A DNA stretch of 64,000 bases, from the NCBI GenBank assembly GCA_964016885.1, contig OZ024741.1:338892001-338956000 (forward strand). Reading direction: 5' to 3'. This DNA is from Eledone cirrhosa (Eukaryota). The notes below the pieces were generated by a model. It was not told where the DNA came from. It saw only the letters and a program-made list of their open reading frames with translations, and ran no database searches. A program made the translations under genes and the position numbers. Shown here in pieces: positions 53,866-64,000 of this stretch (position 1 is the first letter of the stretch; every line of letters begins with the position of its first letter).

Positions 53866-56313
53866 TATATGCGTTCCTGAAACCCTTGTCGTATATCGAA
53901 TTACCGTATAAAGAACCCATTATAACATGAAATAGATAGGGATGCGTTCCAGCACATCGAAAAGGTCATCCCTACAGAAAAGAAATAATGTTTTTTTTTT
54001 ATTTACTGTACCTTACACATGCCGCGTAGTCCATCAGATGATGTGCCTCTTCATTTGTCCCTCCCGAGGCTAAGGGACAGAATGGGTTTCAGCTCTTACT
54101 CAATTGTTGGCAGGGGAGGATGAGGGTGATGTGGGAGGCTCAAAACCAACAAACTCGTTGACTGCAGTGGATGTTGAAGGGCCAGCTGTAGCACGGTTGG
54201 CAGGTGTGACTGGCTTGAAGAAAGAGTAGATGGAGGACTGTTTGGCGGTGTTTCTTTTGTATTCATACATTTCTTGGTAAATCTTGACGCTTTTCTCGAC
54301 GTCTTGAGCCACTTTGCTGCTCCTAGCAGGGTTGGGGTCACGCTCCTTCAGGGTTTCTAAGATTGTTTCGATACTCCCGAGACATTCTCTTAGAGTTTTT
54401 ATGTCCAAGCCACGCACAGGTTCTTCTTCCTCCTCTTCTTTTTCTGTCTCCTGTATCGCCTTGTCTAGTTCTATGAGTTCATCATTGGAGAGTGGTTCAG
54501 CGTGGCTTTCCAAAAGGTCTTGCACATCATCATCATTAACACCATCGAAGCCAGCTCTATGGCAGAGATTTACAATATCTTTTTTTATCGCACCAATGTC
54601 CTCAGCAAAGCCTTGGAAGTCATTCACACATGCTGGCCATAATTTCTTCCAGGCCAAGTTCATGGTAGACTGCTTCACTTCTTCCCAAGATGCCTTGATG
54701 TTGTACAATTTCCACCATTCCCTGATCGTGGGCTTGTCAGGCCCATCTGTGCCCTTTATCAGCTGCTGCATGGTTCTCCGCTGGTAGTATGCCTTAAATG
54801 TTTTGAGGACTGTTTGATCCATCAGCTGAATGAGAGCTGTGGTGTTTGGGGGGAGAAACAAAACCTCAATATTTTCTGACCAGTCTTCCATTGCCCGTGG
54901 GTGGCTGGGGGCGTTGTCCACTAATACCAGAAAATGGTTGGCAATGTTGTTAGCTAATGCATATTCCTTAAGGGTTGGTGACAGATATGAGGTGAAAAAA
55001 TCCTGGTGAATTGAAGTGATCAGCCATGCCTTCTTGTTACACTTCCATATAACTGGTAGGTATTGCTTAAGTAACCCCTTGAGTGCTTTTGGAGTTTCAG
55101 AATGGTAGATAATGAGTGGCTTTAGCTTTAAATCTCCTTCTGCATTCCCTCCAAGTAACAGAGTAACGCGGTCCTTTGAGGCTTTGAACCCCTTCGCACT
55201 TTTCTCCTCCTTGTCAATATAAGTATTACTGGTCATCTTTTTCCAATAAAGTCCTGTTTCATCATAATTAATAACCTGTTTTTTGCTGTACCCCTTCTCT
55301 GCAATGCATTTCTCTAATTCTGCCTTGAAATTTTCAGCACATTCTTTGTCGGAACTGACAGCCTCACCTGTAACTTTTATATTGTGAAGACTCGAACGTA
55401 ATTTGAACTTATCAAACCAGCCTATGCTTGCCTTGAATACAAAGTCCTCCACCCCCATTTGAGTCTTGAGTCTGTCAATAATGGACAATGCTTTCTCACT
55501 GATTACATTTAAAGACAAAGGCAGATTTTGACGATTTTGGTCGTCGATCCAAATTTTGAGCAACCTTTCCATCCTATCCATAATCGGCTCACAATGTTTG
55601 GTCAACAATTTATTCTGTAGACTCGTAGCATTCTCCCCAGCCTTTTTAACAGCCTCAGTATTTTTTAAAATAGTCCCGACTGTAGTCTGGGCTAGGCCTA
55701 AGTTACGACTTATGGCAGACGCACCTTGCCCCTGTTCCTTCCTTTTCAAAATGTCCAGCTTTATCTCCAAAGTCAGGCTCTTCCTCATGCGTTTGGCCTT
55801 TCCATCTGCATCAGCAATATTCGCAGGAAGTTTTGGAGCCATGAGATATGGGGTTATAAGATATGCTGTGATAATTATGCTCCCAAAACACGTCATCGGG
55901 TTTTCTCTTACTTAGAATGACGTCATAACTCTTAACTGATCACTTCAGTTCGGCAAAAATTCTCTCACTGAGAGGACACGCTAGTTTGCCGAACTCAAGT
56001 GATCAGTTAAGAGTTATGACGTCATCGACCAATATCTGAACTCGCTCGTGATTGCCCAGTTTCTCGGTAAGGTCAGTTAGTATGATAGCAGTAGTAACAC
56101 AATTTTCCTAGAATTTGAATAGCAGTCAGTTTCCACGAATTCAAAGGAGAATTTATTGCTTAATACAGGTGGCTCTACGGTACAGTATAAATAAAACACG
56201 ACCAAAATCCGTATCTGTGAATTTTTTTTACCGTCAATAGAATTGATGGTAGTAATTACCCAAAACCGTATCTGTGAATTTACCGGATAAAGATCTACCG
56301 TATATCGAGGACC

Positions 56314-56319
<6 letters not shown>
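53866..56319 (-). mobile_element. Tigger/pogo DNA transposon
   Basis: Transposase ORF plus a TIR-like end (TAGTGGGTCCTCGATATACGG on minus) abutting (TA)n at about 56319. The left end appears truncated next to a SINE. Confidence 0.75.
54100..55842 (-). CDS. Tigger/pogo-family transposase (psq HTH, CENP-B HTH, DD32D catalytic domain)
   Basis: RKSLTLEIKLDI, FKASIGWFDKFK, NYDETGLYWK, KASKDRVTLLLGGNAEGD, LVDNAPSHP and LPPNTTALIQLMDQ. Likely start is MAPK at 55842. Confidence 0.92.
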   Translation of the reverse strand: MAPKLPANIADADGKAKRMRKSLTLEIKLDILKRKEQGQGASAISRNLGLAQTTVGTILKNTEAVKKAGENATSLQNKLLTKHCEPIMDRMERLLKIWIDDQNRQNLPLSLNVISEKALSIIDRLKTQMGVEDFVFKASIGWFDKFKLRSSLHNIKVTGEAVSSDKECAENFKAELEKCIAEKGYSKKQVINYDETGLYWKKMTSNTYIDKEEKSAKGFKASKDRVTLLLGGNAEGDLKLKPLIIYHSETPKALKGLLKQYLPVIWKCNKKAWLITSIHQDFFTSYLSPTLKEYALANNIANHFLVLVDNAPSHPRAMEDWSENIEVLFLPPNTTALIQLMDQTVLKTFKAYYQRRTMQQLIKGTDGPDKPTIREWWKLYNIKASWEEVKQSTMNLAWKKLWPACVNDFQGFAEDIGAIKKDIVNLCHRAGFDGVNDDDVQDLLESHAEPLSNDELIELDKAIQETEKEEEEEEPVRGLDIKTLRECLGSIETILETLKERDPNPARSSKVAQDVEKSVKIYQEMYEYKRNTAKQSSIYSFFKPVTPANRATAGPSTSTAVNEFVGFEPPTSPSSSPANN

Positions 56320-56388
<69 letters not shown>

Positions 56389-56888
56389 TACACACACACA
56401 TACACACATATATGTAATATTGTTTGTGGAATGCATTAAACATGATAGTCAAATAATATATATATATATATATATATTTTACTATCATTGTGTTAGGTCT
56501 TTCGACACACACACACATATACTCACAAACTGGCACACATACACACAAACACAAACACTCACATACACACCTACACACACATCTACACATACATACACAC
56601 ACTATCACAAATCACTTTAACGTCTCGAATGTAAGGGAGGCAACTCCAATAGGCTTACATTGTTAAACGACAATTCATAAAACAACAACAACAAAAATAA
56701 TAATTTAAATCCAATTCCTCTAACGGGTTTCTATACCGTATCTGTCAATCAAATTTCGCTACAAGAGGCTAAAGCAAAGGGGACAAATTAGACGAAGCCA
56801 CTTACTTAATTTATCCATGGGTAGGACATGTCCATTCTATACACTGATTAGTCTTCAAGAGAGAATAATAAATCTAAAGCTAAAACAA

Positions 56889-57003
56889 TAGGGTTAGGGT
56901 TAGGGTTAGAGTTAGGATTAGGGTTAGGGTTAGGGTTAGGGTTAGGGTTAGAGTTAGGGTTAGAGTTTGGGTTAGGGTTAGAGTTTGGGTTAGGGTTAGG
57001 GTT
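56889..57003 (+). repeat. Interstitial telomeric repeat (TTAGGG)n, about 19 units with variants
   Basis: Direct reading: TTAGGG units with TTAGAG, TTTGGG and TTAGGA variants. Confidence 0.93.
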
Positions 57004-58031
57004 GATAGCCACTTCTTGAAGATATCTGAAGGTGGAAGAGGTCTTATCAGCATAGAGGATTGTGTTCAGATTGAGAAAAGCTGTCTGCACAAATATGTGT
57101 CTGAGAGTAGGGAGCTGATGGTAAAAGTTGTACTGAAGAAGAAGACAATAGACCAGAGGATATTCAAGGAGGAATTAACAACAAGGAGGAAGAACAACCT
57201 CCATGAAAAATCCCTTCATAGCACCTTTTTTTTAAAGAAAACGGAATTCAGAGATCTACAGACATGGAACTGGTTAAAAAAAGGAGACCTTAAAAAAGCT
57301 ACAGAAGGAATGCTAATGGCTGCACAAGAGCAAGCCCTCAGAATGAAGTGGGTGAAACACCATATTGACAAGGAGGAGGCTAGCTCACACTGTAGGATCT
57401 GTGAACAGAGAGAGGAGACTGTGGCTTACATTGTATTCGCATGTAAACACCTAGCCCAGAGTCACTATAAACGCGGGAGGCATGATATAATAGGAAAGGT
57501 GATTCACTGGCATTTATGCAAATTAAATAATTTACCACATTCTGAGAAGTCGGTGATAGAAAACGATCAAGTGAAGGTGCTATGGGATATTAGGATACAG
57601 ACGGACAAGAAGTTAGAACACAATAGGCCTGACCTGGTGGTTTTGGACAAGGAAAAAAGATTGTGCCTGATTGTAGATGTAGCTTGCCAATTTGACACAA
57701 GAGTGCAAGAAAAGGAGAAGGAAAAAATTAACTGATACCAGGATTTAAAGTGGGAGTTAAAAAGGATTTGGGACTGTCATGAGATCAAGGTCGTCCCGAT
57801 TGTCATAGGAGCATTAGGTACTATCTCGAAGAGTTTCCAAGGATAGTTAAAGAAGATTAGTCCAGCCCCCTTTTTTGGAACACTTCAAAAGGCATGCTTG
57901 CTGGGAACAGCAAGAACCCTCCGATACGTCCTGAATACCTGAGGCAGCAGGTAGCGGCTTGATGTTCATTTCAACAAACTTTCCAGTTAAATAACATCAA
58001 TGACTGAGACTCCAATAATAATAATAATAAG
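57003..58031 (+). mobile_element. 5'-truncated Dong/R4-like non-LTR element (restriction-like endonuclease end)
   Basis: GGRGL, AAQEQAL, CRIC zinc-knuckle remnant, RHD and RPDLVV..IVDVA motifs. In-frame stops near 57735 and 57845. (TAA)n tail at 58014-58030. Confidence 0.85.
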
Positions 58032-58172
58032 AAGAAGAATTATTATTGTCATTATAGTATCAGTAGAGCGTTGGACAACATGGTTTGTGGCATAGAATTA
58101 CAGCCCTTTAAGTTCTGAGTTCAAATCCCACTGAGGTTAGCTTTGCCTTTCATCCTTATGGGGTCGATAAAT

Positions 58173-58268
<96 letters not shown>

Positions 58269-58269
58269 A

Positions 58270-60150
58270 AAGTGAGTTTTTTTTTAACAAAATGAAAAAT
58301 AACCGAGGTGTCCTACACGAGTGAAAATATAAAGGAAAAAAGATGAAATCGAAAATGCAACTGGAGTCTTATTTAAAAAAAATATATATATTTATTTGGT
58401 TCCTTTACCGGTTTCGCAGTTCTTCTGCTTTTCAAAAGTAGTTGAGATGGAGGGTCTGTGGTTTTTCTCACATCTGGTTGGTCTTTGAATGTTACTTGTT
58501 TTATATGGAAAAAACTGGCTCGAAATACTAGGTTTTTAGAGAAGTAATCTGATTGGTTGGTCAATAATTATAATAAATTTCGCGCCAGTTCGCGTTACAA
58601 AGTTCTTCAAACAAGGTGGGGTGGGGTGGGGGGCACAGGTTGTTTTTTTCATATATGAGTGTTTGAATTTCTTTTTACTTAAAAAAAAGAGGCTCACGAA
58701 GGCTTTTTTTTAATTAACGTAATTTGATTGGTTATAAATGAAATTATTTTCGCGCACTTATTTGGAAATCTATTCTGTAGCCTTTTTAGAGAATTTTATG
58801 ACAAGCAAAAGATAATGGTCAAGAGAAATGGGATGGGAGAATTGTTCTGGTTCAGTGAATATGGTTAGTTCGCTGGGGTGTCAGAATTCAGATTTTCTAT
58901 TGAATAAAGAAAGTAAAGATATGTATGTTTATTTGTGTGCTTGTGTGTGTGTGTTGTGTGTGTGTGTTTGAATTTCTTTTTACTTAAAAAAAGGGGCTCA
59001 CGAAGGCTTTTTTTTTAATAAACGTAATTTGATTGGTTATAAATGAAATTATGGCTGTCACGTGAACAAGTTTTCATTAAATTTTCGTGCCCTTATTTGG
59101 AAATCTATTAGTAGTCTTTTTAGAGAATTTTATGACAAGCAAAATATAATTGTTTCTACTTTAGGCACAAGGCCAGCAATTACCCAGTGCATTACTGGTA
59201 CTTTATTTTATCGACCCCGTAAGGATGAAAGGCAAAGTCAACCTCGGCGGGATTTGAACTCAGATCGTAAAGAGACGTAACTATGCTGGAAAGCATGGCG
59301 TCCGACCCTCTACCGATACTGCCAATCCACAAGCAAAAGATAATGGTCAAGAGAAATGGGATGGGAGAATTGTTCTGGTTCAGTGAATATGGTTAGTTTG
59401 CTGGGGTGTCAGAATTCAGATTTTCTATTGAAGTAAAGAAAGTAAAGATGTGTATGTTTATTTGTGTGTTTGTGTGTTTGTGTTTGTGTGTATTGGAAGA
59501 TGATTCTATTAGTAGAAATGGGGGTGGGAGTTGTGTGTGTGTATATGGGTGTTATGTGTGTGTGTGGGGGGGGGGAGTATGTTAAGATGGGGAGAATATA
59601 TATATTTTGTGTGTGTGTATATATGTGTGTAGGAAAGTGATTCTATTAGTAGAAATGGGGGAGGGAGTTGTGTGTGTGGGGGTGGGGGTTGTTATATGTG
59701 TGTATGGGTGTTATGTGTGTGGGAGTATGGTTAGCATGTTAAGATGAAGAGAATATATATATATATTGTGTGTGTGTGTAGGAAAATGATTCCTTTAGTA
59801 GGAATATTTTTGAAACATATTTTCCTTACTTATTCGTATTTGTTCTGTTGTATTGTCAGCGCAAACGTATGTTAAGGTTTATTTAGTTTGGGTTTTTATT
59901 TTCTAATGGCGCAAAATTTATTATAATTATTGACCAACCAATCAAATTACTTCTCTAAAAACCTGGCATTTCGAGCCACTTTTTTCCATATAAAATAAGT
60001 AACATTCAGAGACCAATCAGATGTGAGAAAAACCACAGACCCTCCATCTCAGAAGAACTGCGAAACTGGTAAAGGAACCAAATAAATATATATATTTTTT
60101 TAAAAATAAGACTCTAGTTGCATTTTCGATTTCATCTTTTTTTCTTTATA
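58270..60150. mobile_element. Fold-back element (probable PLE pLTR derivative) with inverted arms and an internal tandem duplication
   Basis: 58330-58585 is the reverse complement of 59908-60150. The internal block 58657-58960 is repeated from 58963. Same family as 34457-34737 and 60605-60700. Confidence 0.65.
59148..59328 (-). mobile_element. tRNA-derived SINE, full-length, with TSD (other copies 1247-1406, 1681-1820, 11891-12075, 62424-62515 and more)
   Basis: A-box TGGCAGTATCGG, B-box GAGTTCAAATCC and core GCCTTTCATCCTTACGGGGTCGATAAAAT. TSD ACAAGCAAAA(G/T)ATAAT. Confidence 0.85.
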
Positions 60151-60874
60151 TATATATATATATATATATATCTACAGTCAGTAGGCACCTCTTAACCAAA
60201 TATACACCCCAATCCACTACTCCTCCCCTATCCTCCCACTCCCACTAACACCACATTCTCTCTGTAAAGTTGGTACCATAACATCAAGTCCAAATAAATG
60301 AGATAATGAGATTGAGATCGAGATCTTGTAGGTGTCACAACAAAAAAAAAACACACAGTCCACGCTGTAATGTGGCCGTGTAGGTAACACGATAAAAAGT
60401 TCCCAGTTCCACACTGTAAATGTGGTTGGTACTAGGAAGGGCATCCAGCCATAGAAAAACTTCCAGATAGTCCTATACGAGTGAGACACGGTCACCCGAC
60501 CAACCTTGACTCAAGTGGGACAACTCCCGTCTAACCCATGTTAGCGTGGAAGATGGACGTTAAACGAAGATGATGATGATGATGAGATGATGATATATAT
60601 ATATAAGGAAAAGAAATTGAAAATGCAACTGGAGTGTTTTAAGAATATTTATTTATTTACTTTACCAGTTTCACAGTTCTTATGATTTTCAAAAGTAAAT
60701 CTGCTGTGATTTGTTTCACATATATTTATGTATATATGCATATATACATATAAATATATATATGTATATATGTAGAAATGTGTATACACACACACACACA
60801 CATATCTCTCTCTGTCTCTATATATATAGTTATAATAAATGTGAAGATTAAAATTCGAAGAAGGCTCGATAAGG

Positions 60875-60939
<65 letters not shown>

Positions 60940-60944
<5 letters not shown>

Positions 60945-61990
60945 GTTGAAAGAGATAGAAGGCTAAACAATGCAAAATGGACTGTAAGAGGTAACGAATA
61001 GTAAAAGTAAGTTACCTGGTAATCTTTTTTTTTTTTTTGTTGTTGTTGTTCTTTTATCTGTTCAATATTTTGGGACCTAAAAGTCCCTTCATCAGGGTTT
61101 AAGGAACTTTCAGTGGATAATGTTCAAATTTCCTCTCTTTGGGATAACATTTTCATTAAAATTTTTTCTAAGTTGTTTTCAAGCGTTTTTTGATGGTTAT
61201 TTCGGTTTCCATGTGAATGACGTCAATTGCCAATAAAGTATTTCACGAAATTAATTTTCTTTTTTGTATGAGATATTTAGTTTGTGTGCCTGTGGTTGTG
61301 TCTTTTTATGTCAAGTACGGTGTGCTGAGTTCTAATCTATTATTTATTTGCAGGTTGAGTCTACGTATGAGCAAGGCTTCCTTAATTCTTAAGTTGCCCA
61401 CACTTCTATTACAGGCTTTAATAGTAACGGTAATATGTTGGTTGATGTTTCTACATTTGTCAATGTGTTTTTTGAATGAGGATATGCATGTTTGAGGTGT
61501 TCTTTAATGCGAGTGTGGAGTACTCGAGTCATGCTACCAAAGTTGAACTCCTTACATTTGTTGCATTCAATTTGGTATACCACATGTGTCCGCTGGCACA
61601 TACCAGTATTGCAGATAGGGCAGTTAGTCAGCGAGTATTGATTGTTGTCTCTGGGTTGCTCTTTAGACTAGTATCCATGCAGTGAAGGGCCGGAGTGTGG
61701 TAACACTATGTCCAGTCCTTCTTTGCAGATAGCTTTGCCAATAGCTGTGGTTATGCTTTCGCTGAAATGTGGTAATTTCATGAAGCAGGTGTTAAAGGAG
61801 GTCTTATGCCTGTGGCACCTTCGATTCTTAAGTCGATTCATTGTGGATGTTGGGTATCCGTTTGTCTTCAGTACATTTATGAAATGTGCAGCATGAGTAA
61901 TCTAGTCCTCTGTCTTGCTACATTTATTCCAGATATGTGTAAGTTCATTTCTTATGTATCCGGTTTTAGCACCAAGGGAAAGAGCTGATA
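60940..61990 (-). mobile_element. Decayed Penelope-like element 3' part (RT thumb, GIY-YIG, pLTR)
   Basis: CQRTHVVYQIECNKCKEF..GSMTRVLHTRIKEH and NLRIKEALLI. Degenerate hammerhead at about 61063-61099. Confidence 0.8.
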
Positions 61991-63215
61991 TTTATATGTA
62001 GGAGTCACAACAAAAAGCACCCAACCCACACTGTAAAGTGGTCATTTAGAAGTCTCAACAAAAAGCACCCAGCACACATTGTAAATGTGGTTGGCATTAA
62101 GAAGGGCATCCAGCTGTAGAAATCTAGCCAGAAACAGTTTCATTTGAACAAGACACAGTCACCTACCCAACTTGCCTCAAATGGAACAACCCGTCTAAAT
62201 CAAGTTAACATGGAAGGTGGAAGTTAAACAATGATAATGATGATATATATATATATGTATATATATGGGTAAAAAATTTCAAAGTGGGCTGAAATTTTAA
62301 TAAAACAATTTAATTACTATTTTTATGTTTTACAAGATGTAATTTTTCACATTTATTTCCTGTATATACTGTACATGATGCTATGATATTGTAAATTTTA
62401 AACAAAAATAAGAATCATTAAATGATTGTTTCTACTTTTGGCACAAGGCCAGCAATTTCCCAGTACATTACTGGTACTTTATTTTATCGACCCCGTAAGG
62501 ATGAAAGGCAAAGTTGAAACCTCTTTAGTGCTGGTGTCACAATGAAATACATTCAATCCAAGCTGTAAAGTGGTTGGTGATAGGGAGGCATGAAGCCAGA
62601 AAAACCTTGCCTAAAATTTTGAAAAGTACAATGTATAAAATTCCCACTAATTGCATATATAGGCCTAGCACTAGTCATGTTAGTGTTGTGCTAACATGGG
62701 TAACCTAGCCATGTGTGAGAACCACTCGGTTTCTTTTCAAGTAACTAGCTTCATAAGACACCACGTGGTAGATGACTAATCGTCATCCTTTTGTTCCAGT
62801 GGTAGCTGAGCGAAAACAATTGATAATTTTTGGAGTTATGATATTATTATAATATAATCATTATTCACTCAAGAATACATTTAGGTATCCACCATGTTAA
62901 GAACGAAAACAAATCATTCTAGTTTTCGGCAAAGCCGGCTGTAAATTCGCTCGGTATGCAAATGAGGCTAATCAGCCATTGTATACATTTGAAAATACTA
63001 TGTATTCTCAGCAGTTCCAGCAGGTAGCAGGGATGAGAGAATACACAATCTTGACAAGGAGCAAAACACTCCAAAACAATGTCGATTGTTTTCTCTCAGC
63101 TACTGCTGGAACAAAAGGATGACAAGATTAGTCATCTACACATATTTGGATTGCAAACAAACCAAATATAATATTATGATATTATCATAATATTATTATT
63201 ATTCACTCACGAATA

Positions 63216-63259
<44 letters not shown>

Positions 63260-63828
63260 CCCAAACTCCCCTATGGTCGAGTTTACCACGAGTGTATTAA
63301 CTGCTTTTTCTAGCAAATACGTTATTCGCTCACTGTCCTCCTTACTACCCTTCTGTGACCACTGTATCATGTGTTTATCTCTCTCCCTGCCTCTCGAGAA
63401 ATTCTCACTTGCTATGAAAGAAACAGTCCTTTTTTCTGGGGGGTCTCTTGATAAGCCGTATCAACCTCACAGCGATGATGCACTTTTAAAGTGCAGAATT
63501 CGATTCACACAGATTGGTGAAACTGCAGTCGGGACTTTAAAGAAAAAATAGGTATATTTTTGTCTATTATTTCCTCATATTTTGTAATTTGATATATATA
63601 TACACACACACATATATGTGTGTGTGTGGTTTTTATTTTTAGTTTTTATTTTGTATTTTAATTCCTTTACCCCTGTACATTTCATCACCCCTGCATTCTT
63701 GTATTGTCTTAATCTTCTTAATGCTTACTTTGAACAATGTGCCAGCAGACATCAGGCAGATGGGTCAACATGCATGGATATGTGCAACAACTTGACTGTA
63801 TATATATGATGATGATGATGATGTTGAT

Positions 63829-63882
<54 letters not shown>

Positions 63883-64000
63883 TCCATTGCACAGATGGTT
63901 CTATATAAATAGTGGACACCCTCCGTTACCTGGGTGACAAAATCAGCAGTGGTGGAGGGTGCTCTGAAAGTACAGTAGCTAGAGTCAGAACGAGATAGAA

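Noticed and set aside
56848-57090. NP-repeat ORF resembling circumsporozoite-type repeats
   Set aside because: Translation of the (CCCTAA)n telomeric tract.
63470-63510. Hammerhead-like GATGA-TGCAC..GTGCA-GAAT (and a similar trace at about 44480-44572 minus)
   Set aside because: Both core halves are mutated, so it is too degenerate to call.

Overview
AT-rich, repeat-dense animal genomic DNA, most likely a coleoid cephalopod (octopus-like). This is inferred from the protocadherin type, the SINE/RTE families and the pervasive (TA)n/(CAT)n tracts. One host gene is supported: a + strand protocadherin with three coding exons (16712-19117, 29125-29263, 30777-31153; splice phases match; about 973 aa; 6 cadherin repeats, TM segment, cytoplasmic tail). 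The rest is mobile DNA: a near full-length CR1-like LINE with an intact APE-RT ORF2 and a probable -1 frameshift junction, a Tigger/pogo transposon, a Helitron remnant, a Dong/R4-like RLE LINE fused to (TTAGGG)n, many RTE fragments, tRNA-derived SINEs and MITEs. The least expected signal is a dense population of Penelope-like-element (PLE) derivatives sitting in (TA)n tracts. They are fold-back hairpins of about 0.15-1.8 kb, many carrying hammerhead ribozyme cores and a short unpaired tail with a motif shared across dissimilar families. All coordinates, alignments and RNA folds were read by eye and no searches were run.
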